Shown here one piece after another: positions 25,561-39,223 of a DNA stretch of 64,000 nt. Positions within the stretch are counted from its first letter, which is position 1, and each line of letters starts with the position of its first letter. The notes beneath the pieces were generated by a model. It ran no database searches and had not been told where the DNA came from. It worked only from the letters and a program-made list of their open reading frames with translations. A program made the translations under genes and the position numbers. Origin of the DNA: Eledone cirrhosa (Eukaryota); assembly GCA_964016885.1 (NCBI GenBank), contig OZ024761.1:1488001-1552000 (forward strand), in the 5' to 3' direction.

Positions 25561-26501
25561 CTTTGTTCTGTCCTACAATATCTTGATTTTGTGAGTTGTG
25601 TACTATAATATAAGCACTAGCCCACACTGTAAAGTGGTCGTGTAGGTGACATGACAAAAAGTACCCAACCCACAGTGTAAAGTGGTCATGTAGTTATCGT
25701 GACACCTAGTACACACTGTAAAGTGGTCATGTAGTTATCATGACACCTAGTACACACTGTAAATATGGTTGGCATTAGGAAGGGCATTCAGCTATAGAAA
25801 CCAAGCCCAAAATCAGTTCCGTATGAGCAAGACATGGTCTTCTGATCTGGCGAAATGCCATGCTATGTAATATTATAAATATGTGTAGTTAATTTTTACC
25901 TGCTTGAAAGAAATTCTCTTGGAATATCATGCGTGCTACCACTTCCACTGCCAGCATTTGATGCCAAGGTCTTTCGTCTTGAGTGCATTGGAAAACAATC
26001 TGCTGATAAAACTACTGTATTTTTTGGTGGAGAAGATACACTGTTTTACTCCTAACTTTCATATAAAACTCTTCTTGCGTCCTATAAACAGAAGGCATGA
26101 ATGAATATATATATATTCTCAAAGGCAATGACACACGACCGAGACCTCTGGCGTCACGCAGTAATACAGAGTACCCGACCTCCCATGGGTACAAGCTGAA
26201 GCATATAGACAATATGCCCCACACCTCCCACTGCAAGGTGGTCGTGGAGGTGCCACAGCAAAAAAGCACCCAGCCCACACTGTAAAGTGGATGTGTAGGC
26301 GCCATGAAAAAGCACCCAGCACTCACTGTAAATGAGGTTGGTGTTAGGAAGGGCATCCAGCTGTAGAAATCAAGCCAAATCAGTTCCTGTATGAGAAAGG
26401 CATGGTCAGTCGACCAGACACTGCCCACAACAGGACAACCCATCTAACCCATGCTAGTGTGGAAGAACGGACGTAAAACGGTGATGATGATGATGATATA
26501 G

Positions 26502-28822
26502 TAGAGAGCACTATCAAGTGGCCAGGAGAGAAGCTAGGAGACAAGTGTACCTTGCAAAAAGGGTAGCAGAGGATTGAAAGTTCAAGCATGTTCTACAACG
26601 TGAGGACCAAAAACGTGAGGTGTTCAGGATTGGTAGACAATGTGTCAAGGAAAACCGTGATATTGTTAGGGAGAAGTGTGTCCATAATGATGATGGTGTA
26701 CTTGCCATCACTGACGCTGATAAGAAGGTAGCTTGGAAGTATCACTACGAGAGACTATTAAATGAGGAGAATAAATGGGAAAAAGATAGTCTGCCCCAAA
26801 TCGATCGAATAGAAGGACTAGCAGTGCAAGTTAAAGGTAGTATAATAAGTAAGGCAATCAAAGATATGAAGTCAAGCAAGGCAGCTGGGCCTTCGGAGAT
26901 AGCTGCTGAGATGTTGAAGGCATCTGGTATGGTGGGACACACTATAGTCACCCGTATAGTTAACCAAGTAATACAGAATGGGGTCATACCGAAAGACTGG
27001 TGTAGCAGCATCATCATTAACTGGTACAAGGGTAAAGGGGATGTTCTAGATAGGGGAAACTATAGAGGCATTAAGTTAGTTGACCAGGTCATGAAGGTCA
27101 CAGAAAGATTTATAGCGCAATTAATCAGAGAGCGAATTGATCTAGATGAAATGCAGTTTGGGTTTGTGTCAGGTAAAAGTACCACAGACGCTCTTTTCCT
27201 TGTACGACAATTACAAGAGAAGTACCCACTTTTAGAAGTTTACTTTTAGTAAACCCCTGTACTTAGCTTTTGTAGACCTGGAGAAAGCTTTTGACAGAGT
27301 CCCCCTCTCCATTATCTGGTGGGCTCTTAGAAAACTAGGTCTAGATGAATGGCTTGTGAGAGCTATACAAGCTATGTATAAAGAAACAGTCAGTAAGGTT
27401 AGAATTAACAATGTATATTGTGAAGAATTTAGTGTAAAAGTTGGCATTCATCAAGCCTCTGTCCTTAGCCCCCTCTTATTTATTATTGCCCTTCAGGCTA
27501 TAACAGAGGAGTTCAAGACCGGCTGCCAATGGGAACTCCTATACGCAGATGATCTAATGCTCATAGCTGAATCAATGGCTGAACTAGAGAAGAAATTTGA
27601 AACATGGAAGCATGGCCTAGAATCAAAAGGCCTTAAAGTTAACTTGTCTAAGACTAAAGTTCTAGTTTGTAGAAAGCAAAATGGCCATGCTCAGTGTGTA
27701 GGAAAGGAGTAGGCAGAAATTCCATTTTATGGGTACATAAAAGATGTAGTGGGATCACAGGTAAACTATCTAAGAACGTAGACTTTATATGTGGCCAATG
27801 CTCAGGTGCAATAAGTAGCAAGTGTCCAAAGGATACTAGCTCCTTCTATTGCTCAGATGGTTCTATAGAAATAGTAGACACTTTCCGTTACCTGGGTGAC
27901 GAAATCAGCAGTGGTGGAGGGTGTTCTGAAAGTACAGTAGCCAGAGTCAGAACGGGATGGAAAAAGTTCAGAGAGCTTATACCGCTGTTGGCCACAAAAA
28001 GTTTCTCTCTAAAAATGAAAGGCAGATTGTATGATGCCTGTATACGAACAGCAATGCTACATGGCAGTGAGACATGGGCATTACGTGCAGAGGACCTGCG
28101 TAGACTGGAAAAGAATGAAGCATGCATGCTCCGTTTGATGTGTAATAGTAATATATGTGAACGGCAAAGCATAAATGAACTAAGTGAGAAATTAGGAATA
28201 AGAGGGATCAGATGCTGTTTACTTGAGAGAAGACTACGTTGGTATGGTCACGTGATGCGCATGAAAGATGACAGCTGCATAAAAAAGTGCAGGGCGATCA
28301 AAATTGATGATAGTTATGGAGTAGGTAGACCCAGAAAAACCTGGGATGATCTGATAAATTCCGACCTTACACACTTACATCGCTCTAAGATAATGTCTCT
28401 GGACTGAGATCTTTGGCGCTACGCAGTAATACAGAAGACCCGCCTTGCCTATGTACAAAGCGAAACCTACAGTCAGTAGGCACCTCTTAACCAAATATAA
28501 ACCACGATCCACTACCCCTACCCTATCCTCCCACTCCCACCAACAGCACGAGATCGAGATCGTGTAGGTGTCACAACAAAAAACACACACAGCCCACGCT
28601 GTAATGAGGCCATGTAGGTAACACGGTAAAAAGTTCCCAGTTCCACACTGTAAATGTGGTTCGTGTTAGGAAGGGCATCCAGCCATAGAAAACCTGCCAG
28701 ATAGTCCTATATGAGAGAGACACGGTCACCTGACCAACCTTGCCTCAAGTGGGACAACTCCCGTCTAACCCATGCTAGCGTGGAAAATGGACGTTAAACG
28801 AAGATGATGATGATGATGATGA
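26502..28822 (+). mobile_element. Degenerate 5'-truncated RTE LINE (same family as 51738-54533)
   Basis: Fragmented ORFs 26620-28407 align with the 51738-54140 protein ([32 protein letters not shown]); (GAT)n tail. Confidence 0.95.
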
Positions 28823-29637
28823 TATAAGGTGAATTATCATTAGAATGTCAGATAGAATGCTTTATGATATTCATTCCGGCTCTCTGAGTTCAAATCCTGC
28901 CGAGGTCAACTTTGCCTTTCATCCTTTCAAGGTCGATAAAAAAGCACCAGTCTAGTACTGGGGTGAATTCTTCCTCTATATCTCTTTCTCATTTTCCTCT
29001 CTCTCACTTTCTATCTTTCTCAGGAAGAAATCTGCTGTACTCAGGCCTGGAGAGGGATGGGCTCCACCAAGCTTAAAATGCCCAAGAAACGCCATATGTC
29101 AACATGGCGCCTCTACGACTCTATCAGGAGTTACGGGACCATACATACACACACATCATCATCATCATCATCATTTTACGTCCGCTTTTCCCTGCTTGCA
29201 AGGGTTGGATGGGTCCTATTCAGCACAGCATCTCTCCACTTGTCACGGTCCTTCGTCATCTCCTCAGTGAGTTTCAGCGATCTGAGGTCAGCTCTCACCA
29301 CCTGCGCCCATGATTTTCGTGGTCTTCCTCTATTGCGTCTTCCTTCTACTGGGATTTCTCTGCACTTCTTTACCCAGCGGTCACCCTCCATGTGCATCAC
29401 ATGTCCATACCACCTCAGTCTTCTCTCCTGCACACCACAACTTATCCCTCTTATACCCAGTTTCTTTCTCAACTCATCTATACTTGGTTGTTCACGCACA
29501 TTGACAGTGCACATCCAACGGAGCATGGTTCCTTCATTTCTCTCCAGCCGTCGCATATCCTCTGCAGTTGCTGCCCATATCTCACTACCATGCAACATAT
29601 ATATATATATAAATGAATGTATATATATATATATATA

Positions 29638-29880
29638 TTAAGAGAGTAAAACAAAGAATCCTTTAATACATCAAAAGTTTTTATTAGCCGACAATGTTTC
29701 GTCCTATTAAGGACTCATCAGGGCAATCAAAACAACAAGAAGTAATATCGGCAGATACAAGCCGGAAACTCTGAAGAATATGGAGTGTGCATACACTAAA
29801 GTCATACAAAAATATATGATAATAAAAATGAAAATAAAAACTTTTGATGTATTAAAGGATTCTTTGTTTTACTCTCTTAA
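29638..29880 (-). mobile_element. PLE pseudo-LTR fragment with 48-bp inverted terminal duplication and HHR
   Basis: 29638-29685 is the reverse complement of 29833-29880; abuts (TA)n. Confidence 0.75.
29685..29726 (-). ncRNA. Canonical minimal type I hammerhead ribozyme
   Basis: GCC-CTGATGA-GTCCT(taat)AGGAC-GAAA-CATTG-TC-GGC; GUC cleavage site. Confidence 0.85.
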
Positions 29881-30032
29881 TTTTTTGGCTCTGTTTAACT
29901 GCATTGAGCTATACCTTTTACTGTCATTTCTATAATACGAAGAGGGTGTTTAACTCCAACACGCTCCAGTATTCTAATCCTTATATATATATACATATAT
30001 ATATATACACACACACACACATATGTATGTAT

Positions 30033-30330
30033 CTCCTCCTCCTTGATCCCTAGCTGGTGATTGGTGGAGGCTGTCCTCTCAGCCAATACGCTGGTGTCGG
30101 TGCTACTGGATGATGGACTCCGATGATGATGTTCTTTCACGCTTTTCTATCCATGACGCTGATGTTAGCATGGTTGAGGTAGGGGCTCTGTGATTTCAGG
30201 TCCTCTTCAATTTGTTTCGCCCATGTCGTCTTCAGTGTGCTCTGTTGGATTCTCCAAATTGGATTTTGAAGGATATACATGACGTTGAGTGCTTGAACCC
30301 AACTGCATCAATATTTACTGATTGGAGTGT
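30033..30330 (-). mobile_element. Decayed LINE 3' fragment (RTE/RTEX-like)
   Basis: Minus strand LKTTWAKQIEEDLK...MDRKA*KNII with a short (GAG)n tail. Confidence 0.45.
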
Positions 30331-30769
30331 CTTTTTCAACAACAAAGCACAAATCCCAATAACAGTCTCAAGCTAGATAGATAGATAGGAAAGGGGGAAG
30401 ATGAGTTAGTTGATCAAACTGATCCCAGTATTTGACTGGTACTAAATTTTATCTTCCATGGGAGGATGAGAGGTAAAGTTGACCTCGACGAGATTTGAAC
30501 TCAGAATAAATAGGACAAAAAACATTTGTGTGACCCTCTAAAGTCCCTGCCAATCCTCACAAACATACACAATTTATATTTAACCCTTCAGCATTTAAAC
30601 CAGCCGTATCCGGCCAGAATTCTCTCACCTTTTTCTGTTCAAACTGGCTGTAACTGGCCGATCATACTGATGTTAAGGTATTGTTTTCAAAAGAAATATC
30701 AAAATCTCACAGATTCGATATTATGTGAGGTAGAGCCTTTACCATGAAAATATAATAGTAAATATAGAG

Positions 30770-31810
30770 AAGGGGCGTGCAACAGGCGGTCCATGGTCAG
30801 AGTGGCCCGTGATGACCGTTTTTAATTTTTACCTTGTAGACTTGTTTAGAATTTTTTTTGTAACCGTAATACAATTTTCTGTTAGCTGACCTATACTAAA
30901 GGGCTTCACTGATAGGGCTATGTGTGTTATAATTTCCCAGTCCCATGTTATGGAAAGCAGTTGTGGTTTTGACCTATACTAAAGGGCTTCACTGATAGGG
31001 CTATGTGTGTTATAATTTCCCAGTCCCATGTTATGGAAAGCAGTTGTGGTTTTGACCTATACTAAAGGGCTTCACTGATAGGGCTATGTGTGTTATAATT
31101 TCCCAGTCCCATGTTATGGAAAGCAGTTGTGGTTTTGACCTATACTAAAGGGCTTCACTGATAGGGCTATGTGTGTTATAATTTCCCAGTCCCATGTTAT
31201 GGAAAGCAGTTGTGGTTTTGACCTATACTAAAGGGCTTCACTGATAGGGCTATGTGTGTTATAATTTCCCAGTCCCATGTTATGGAAAGCAGTTGTGGTT
31301 TTGACCTATACTAAAGGGCTTCACTGATAGGGCTATGTGTGTTATAATTTCCCAGTCCCATGTTATGGAAAGAAGTTGTGGTTTTGACCTATACTAAAGG
31401 GCTTCACTGATAGGGTTATGTGTGTTATAATTTCCCAGTCCCATGTTATGGAAAGCAGTTGTGGTTTTGACCTATACTAAAGGGCTTCACTGATAGGGTT
31501 ATGTGTGTTATAATTTCCCAGTCCCATGTTATGGAAAGAAGTTGTGGTTTTGACCTATACTAAAGGGCTTCACTGATAGGGTTATGTGTGTTATAATTTC
31601 CCAGTCCCATGTTATGGAAAGAAGTTGTGGTTTTGACCTATACTAAAGGGCTCCACTGATAGGGTTATGTGTGTTATAATTTCCTAGTTCCATGTTATGG
31701 AAAGAAGTTGTGGTGAATCTTTGGAATAGTGCTTAATGAATATTAATGGCCCTAATAGTTGTTCCAGTGTTCAAAAGTGGCCCTCCAAGGGAATATGTTG
31801 CACACCCCTG
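30770..31810. mobile_element. hAT-type MITE nested in a piggyBac-type MITE
   Basis: TIRs AAGGGGCGTGCAAC / GTTGCACACCCCTG; 8-bp TSD ATATAGAG / ATATAGAA. Confidence 0.8.
30888..31714. repeat. 83-bp tandem array (~10 copies) inside the hAT MITE
   Basis: GACCTATACTAAAGGGC at 30888, 30971, 31054 ... Confidence 0.95.
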
Positions 31811-33601
31811 ATATAGAATAATGTAAATACTAAGGGGTTAAGAGGCAGAGTGGAAGGGTGTGTGAGAGAAAGAGACTGAGAGAGGGTGAAGAACGAGAGA
31901 GAGGTGGGGTGACTTGTACAATCAATTAAACTCCACACCCGGGAACTTCAGTTAGTATTTTTAAAGAATCTAGAAAACGATGATTTTTTTTTTTTTTTTT
32001 AATCGATAAAAAGCAGAGGTGAAGTGATTCATTAATCTTACCTGTAGTCAATGAGTGTGTTACACATGTAGTCAGGCAAGTACTTTAGTGCTTAAGGTGA
32101 TAATCTTATGGTCGTTATGTCCTTGAGCAAGACACTTTATTTCACATTGCTCTAGTCCGCTCAACCAGAAAAAAAATGAATTGTACTTTTAATTCAAAAA
32201 CTCAGCAGTGTTATGCTGAATCTCCCTGACAACTATACTACGGGTACACGTGTCTGTGGAAGTAGAATGCCCAGCCACTTACATGCTAATTTCCCGAGCT
32301 GGCTGTTCCGTTGATCGAGTCAACTGGAAGATTCATTGTCGGACACGAGTAGTAAATGTTATTGTTGTTATTGTTGCATTCATTTCGGCTCTCTGCTCTC
32401 TGAGTTCAAATCCTTTCTAGGTCGATAAAATAAAGTACCAGTAATGCACTGGAGTCGATTCAATTGACTTTCCTCTCCCCCAAAATTGTTGTCCTTGTGC
32501 CTAAATCAGAAACCATAGCTGTGTGTCTCTGGTCAATGCGATTAAATTACCTGCTCTACTATTACACTCGTCTACGAGACAGGTGTAATAGTAGAGGTAT
32601 TTAATGTCAACGGTAGTTATTTCATAGGTTTCCTTAGAAATTTGAAGTGGAAATTTTGGGAGTTTAGGTTGGGGTTTTATTTTTTCGATGTTTCCAACGA
32701 ATTTGACCTTCAAAACAGTCGAAATTTACTCGTTTTCTGTGGGTCCCCTATCCGAGATCTCCATAACACGCAATCACAGAGACAGGTATGATAATATGAT
32801 CTATGTGGTCAGTGAGTACTACTGTCTTCTCCGTCCATATCTGTCACACCTGTAGTAAATGTTGTTGCTGTTGTTGTATGTGGTAATTAAAGGTAGTTTA
32901 CACGTATATCAAGTTCCGGATTAGTAACGCTGTCGCTTGCAGACATAACTCTATTGTATTGTTTACGTTTCCTTCACCTGGGCGACGTCGCTACATCATC
33001 ATCAACAACATAACACTGACGGCTACTGTTGCTTTCACACTGCACACATACACACAGCACTCGAGTACACATACACATACACACACACGAGCACATATAC
33101 AGACGAGCACACGTACACACAAACACACACATACCAACGAGCCCACATACACGTACACATATACACACACACACATGCACTAACCAGCGCCCGCACATAC
33201 ACTAACAAGCACATAAACACACTAACAGACATGCATAAATACGCACTTACTAACTAGCACACACACACACGAACGGGCAAGCATAAACACTCACTCACTA
33301 ACCATCGCACGGAAACTGTAGTTTGTGCACGTATTTATGTTTATATATCACGATTTTCTGCTATCCAGAGAGGACTTGTTAAATGTTATATATATATAGG
33401 GTGCCCCAAAAATGTATACACACATTTATTAGTATATAGAGGGCGTCCCCAAAAAATGTATACATACTTCAACAGCATTCTAATAAATATGTATATATAT
33501 TTGGGGAGGGGGGGGGGGCCTATATATATATATAACTTTTATCAAGTCCTCTCTGGATTTTTGGTCTTTCAATCGGTTTATTTATTATTCTCTCTCTCTC
33601 T

Positions 33602-33647
<46 letters not shown>

Positions 33648-33890
33648 CGAAGTAAATGTGGTAAGGAACCAGGTGGACCATAACGCACCAAAGTACTCAA
33701 TACTTGAGGTAGTAGAGTGGGTAATAGGAACCAGTAAGACCCCGACAGCTGAGCTCAAGCCGTTTCGACGGCTAATTCTGGACGCATATATATATATATA
33801 TATGCAAAAGTTCTATTTAAGGTTGTTGGGATACAACAAGTAAATATTTTTATAACTGATATAAAGCACTCGACAAGTTTTTGGAGTAGA

Positions 33891-36481
33891 TATACGATAT
33901 TAATAAATGGAAACTATATTTATAAAACCATATTTATTTCATTATACATATTTCAGGGATACCACATTAAATTATGGTATGCCTTCATCAGACAAAATAC
34001 AATATATAACAGTTTTACAAATAGCTTTGACGTACCCATTTAGAATGCAACCATTACTTTTGGAGGCTGTCTGGATAGTGATTTGTTTATATTATTTTAA
34101 TAAGTCATAGTGTTAAGCACAATTAGAAAAAGACGGAGAGAAAGAAAAAAAGAAAAAAGACGGAGAGAGAGAAAGAAAACCTGGAGAAATATCGGAGAGA
34201 GAGAGAAATGTATGGAGAAAAGAAAGAGATAAATAAAGATAGGAGGAAATAAAAAAGAAAGAAAAAAGGAAGAAATAAGAAAAACAAAGGAAAGCAACAG
34301 AGAGATATCAAGTCATCATACAGATAGAAAAACTCAAGAGAGAGAAATACTATATATAGAGAGGGGGATAGAATGAAAACTTTACGTCATGTCATATTAA
34401 GTTGAGTTAACAATTTATATGAAATGAATAATAAAAATATAAATATCAATATTCATGAATGGGACATAGATATATAATATGAGAAATTAAACATTGTTCA
34501 ATAATGACTATATGTTTAGTTTAAAAACTTGAGATCAATATACCAAAATCTGAGTTAAATCGTTCAAAATGTACCCTTGGTATAGAGATTAGTATCTTAT
34601 GCAAAGACATATAAATATATATGTATATATATATATATACACATACGCACGTCCTGAAAATAGAAATTATGTTTACTCAAGCCAACAATATAGCCATACA
34701 AAACGTAAATGATTTCTCTTAATCACTGCTATACATTCCTTGTGTTATAAAAAGTTCACAGTATATATACATAAATATATACGATTAATATTCATGTACT
34801 CATATATACGATTATCATTCATGTATTTAATATTATGCATATCTGCAACATACCTCTCACCCACATATGTATATATACACATACATATATACACATACAT
34901 ATGTATAAATAAATATTTGCGTGCGTCCTCCCGCATCGCTCATGTATATATACAGACATATATACAAACACAAAAAAACCTATAACACTTTATATGCATG
35001 TTAATACACACATATGCATTTGTATAGAGATAATCAAATATCAATATATTACTAAAGGATTATAACTTGTAAATATAAGCATAACGATATAAATTTAAAA
35101 TACCAAAGGAATATATTTTGGAAATGCAACTATATCAGTATATTCAAAAGAAAACTAGAAATATCAAAGCATTAAATATCTTTAAAACACTGTAGAGTAT
35201 CTTAAGTTAAAATAATATGTTTTATATATTTAGTATAGAAATTTATCCTACGTATATCTCAATCAAGATATTGAAAGGGTAGACTTATGAAAGTTATGAG
35301 AAGCTATCAGAATCAAAACAAATAAATAAAAATAATTTAAAAGATTTAAAAGATTTAAAAAACCCAATGATTCTACAGGTAACCTTATATTTAGTATAGA
35401 AATTTATCTTACGTATATTTTATTTAATACATTGGAAGTATAGACATTTTAGAGTAGTTTATTATATCCATGTTTATATTTAGGAAGAAAGTTTAAAAAG
35501 AAAAAGGTGAAGGAATCTAATGATTTATCGACAGGTTTCATATATTAACTAAATTACTTAATTAATTATACTACATTTTAAATTTATATTTATATTTAAA
35601 CGTTGAGTTCAACCTATGTCTGCAGCAACTGAATAAATTGTTCCTTAGATTAAGGGAATTTTTGGACTTTAATATAAAGAATATTTCTTCAATACAAAGA
35701 TCACAATTTTCTGAAGAGGAGTTAAAAGGAGTAGCTACTGAAATAATATTCCAATTCATCGAATATTTAATATTATCTCGTTTTAGGTCCCATAGTAGGC
35801 TAGATAGCGAAGTTGAAGATTTTTTGTTTGGATCTGTGAAAGAATTCTTATGATTATTGAAGCGAAATTTAAATTCTGTAGAGGTGGAACCAACGTAGTT
35901 AAATGAATTTAAATTAGTTTTAACATTACAATTGTACACTACATTTTTAGCTAAGCAGTTGTTATTTAACGGACAGTTAGATTTATTTCTACAGTTACAG
36001 TTATTTAATTGAATATTGTTTGGGTTATTATTGGTATTTTGGTTAGGTTTTAAATTCCTATTATTAATTCTATTAATATTTTGTGCTAAATTTTTGGTGG
36101 ACGAGTAAGTTAATTTTATAGTGTGTCTATTAAAAATTAAGTAATATTTATGTGTTCTAGGGAAGCGTTTTAAAGCTCTTGACAAACGCTTCCCTAGAAG
36201 GACGCACGCAAATATTTATTTATACATATGTATGTGTATATATGTATGTGTATATATACATATGTGGGTGAGAGGTATGTTGCAGATATGCATAATATTA
36301 AATACATGAATGGTAATCGTATATATGAGTACATGAATATTAATCGTATATATTTATGTATATATACTGTGAACTTTTTATAACACAAGGAATGTATAGC
36401 AGTGATTAAGAGAAATCATTTACGTTTTGTATGGCTGTATTGTTGGCTTGAGTAAACATAATTTCTATTTTCAGGACGTGC

Positions 36482-36533
<52 letters not shown>

Positions 36534-37266
36534 TGTATGTCTTTGCATAAGATACTGATCTCTATACCAAGGGTACATTTTGAACGATTTAACTCAGATT
36601 TTGGTATATTGATCTCAAGTTTTTAAACTAAACATATAGTCATTATTGAACAATGTTTAATTTCTCATATTATATATCTATGTCCCATTCATGAATATTG
36701 ATATTTATATTTTTATTATTCATTTCATATAAATTGTTAACTCAACTTAATATGACATGACGTAAAGTTTTCATTCTATCCCCCTCTCTATATATAGTAT
36801 TTCTCTCTCTTGAGTTTTTCTATCTGTATGATGACTTGATATCTCTCTGTTGCTTTCCTTTGTTTTTCTTATTTCTTCCTTTTTTCTTTCCTCCTATCTT
36901 TATTTATCTCTTTCTTTTCTCCATACATTTCTCTCTCCGATATTTCTCCAGGTTTTCTTTCTCTCTCTCCGATATTTCTCCAGGTTTTCTTTCTCTCTCT
37001 CCGTCTTTTTTCTTTTTTTCTTTCTCTCCGTCTTTTTCTAATTGTGCTTAACACTGACTTATTAAAATAATATAAACAAATCACTATCCAGACAGCCTCC
37101 AAAAGTAATGGTTGCATTCTAAAAGGGTACGGCAAAGCTATTTGTAAAACTGTTATATATTGTATTTTGTCTGATGAAGGCATACCATAATTTAATGTGG
37201 TATCCCTGAAATATGTATAATGAAATAAATATGGTTTTATAAATATAGTTTCCATTTATTAATATC

Positions 37267-37271
<5 letters not shown>
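33891..37271 (-). mobile_element. 5'-truncated Penelope-like element with ~1-kb inverted pseudo-LTR arms (33891-34929 / 36199-37271)
   Basis: ORF 35571-36185: CNCRNKSNCPL..C, VVYNC..YVGST..FKFRFNNHK (GIY-YIG), CDLCIEE, CRH. The arms are reverse complements and each carries an HHR. Confidence 0.92.
37163..37227 (+). ncRNA. Type I hammerhead ribozyme (mirror copy ~33935-33999 minus)
   Basis: TATTTTGT-CTGATGA-AGG.ATACCAT..GTGGTAT.CCT-GAAA-TATGTA-TA-ATGAAATA; 8-bp stem I including two G-U pairs. Confidence 0.75.
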
Positions 37272-37304
<33 letters not shown>

Positions 37305-38350
37305 TCATAATCGATTAACTTCCATCTTCCATGCCAGCATGGGTTAGACGGGTCCTATTTTGAGGCAAGTAGTGTCTGGATGCCCTTCCTAACCCAACCT
37401 CATTTACAGTGAGTATTGGGTGCCTTTTTGCCGTGGCACCTCCACGACCACTTTTCAGTGGGAGGGGGTGGGGGCATATTGTCTATATGCTTCAGCTTCG
37501 GCTTGTACCCATGGGAAGTCAGTCTTCTGTATTACTGCGTGACGCCAGAGGTTACACTCCTGCATCATCGCCTTTGAGAGGTGCAATATATATCAATTAA
37601 ATTGTGCAAAACCATTTTGCTGGTTTGAGAGTTGATGAGGGTGAAGATGTGTGTAAACTTGTCTTGTACATCACCTTTCTTTCTCTCTTCCAGTCACTTC
37701 CGTGTCAACACAGTTCCCTTTGTCCTCCTCCTCTTTTAGTCATTTCTATATTTCATCTACCTGTCACCCACCTTCTGGATTGCCTCTTTCCTCCGAGCTA
37801 TTTTTGCTCACTGTTGTCTTTAACAGTATTTAACTGTTTTAACGGCTGTTCTAATGATGAGTTTTCTCATTTTTATATGTACTAGAATTCTTTTCAACAT
37901 GTTGATGTGTGTGAATGTGTATGTATGCATACTTTTATATGTACGAGTATATAAATATAAACGTACAGACACACACATCGTAGCAAACAGAACGCCAACT
38001 GCTGTTTTGCTATAACTTTTTCACCGGCCCCTTCCTTCCATTTACACATACACATGGACGGATGGATGGATGTCGGTCAAATTTATATGTAGATTCATTT
38101 ATATTTATATATGATTAATCACTTGCACATTGGTATGGTCCTATAACTCTTGATAGAGTTGTAGCACTTCTTTTTATCTGCTTCACAACTAACAGACCAT
38201 AATGTGGTCCGCACACTTCTGTTCGGTTAACCCCATACTCTAATATATGTCAAGAGATGTCAACATGAATGGACCTGTTACTTTTATCTAAAGATATTTT
38301 TTCCAATTCCATCCCGCCCGTCCCCTCAATCTATTTTATTTGTCATTCTT

Positions 38351-38386
38351 TCTTCTGATGAAGGACTAGCATCCAAAACGTTAAGA
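38351..38386 (+). ncRNA. Degenerate hammerhead motif (GAAA mutated to AAAA)
   Basis: TCTT-CTGATGA-A-GGA(ctagca)TCC-AAAA-CG-TT-AAGA. Confidence 0.5.
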
Positions 38387-38594
38387 CCCTATTCATGCTA
38401 TATCAAGCGTTAACCTAATATATACCTTCTATATACTGTACCGATTGTGTTGTTATTTCTGTTTACCTTTTATATATATATAAAACGAGATTAATATCCC
38501 CATAGGTACTAAGTACCTATGGGGATATATAGGGTCTCTATAATACATTTGTTGTTCAATGGTACTAATTTGAGATACCAGAACTATAAAACTA

Positions 38595-39155
38595 AGATGA
38601 GCGGAACAAGCAAACATTAAACAATCTTTTAAATAAATTAAAATATAATTTAAATATTCACCTGTCTAAAATGCTATTACCAACGGTTTCGCTTCACAAA
38701 AGATTGGAAATCCAGAGAATTTCCAACGGAAAGATCAGCTCTTCAGATAGCTATTTCCATTCTATAGGACGTAAAGTCTCACAGTCTGTAAATATATCGC
38801 TTACTGCCCGATAGCATGAGGTCAGGCCGTTAAAGTCACCCACACATAAACTGGTTGTTAATAAAAGTGGGAATATTATAGACGTGTTGTTTACCGCGCC
38901 ACTAAAAATAGCAACAAGGGCCGTTTTTTTCTCTACACACAGGGAGAAGCGATATATTTACAGACTGTGAGACTTTACGTCCTATAGAATGGAAATAGCT
39001 ATCTGAATAGCTGATCTTTCCGTTGGAAATTCTCTGAATTTCCAATCTTTTGTGAAGCGAAACCGTCGGTAATAGCATTTTGAACAGGTGAATATTTAAA
39101 TCATATTTTAATTTATTTAAAAGATTGTTTAATGTTTGCTTGTTCCGCTCATCTC
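38595..39155. mobile_element. PLE-type inverted repeat (~208-bp arms 38595-38802 / 38947-39155) containing an HHR
   Basis: The arms are near-perfect reverse complements around a ~145-bp spacer. Confidence 0.8.
38673..38751 (-). ncRNA. Type I hammerhead ribozyme with extended stem II (mirror copy 38998-39076 has a CTGAATA core mutation)
   Basis: GCTAT-CTGAAGA-GCT..TTGGAAA(9 nt)TTTCCAA..AGC-GAAA-CC(gtt)GG-TA-ATAGC. Confidence 0.8.
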
Positions 39156-39223
39156 AATTTTATATATATATGTATTTATATATAAGAATAACATTAAGAA
39201 AGATGCTGATGTTACAAAAATTG

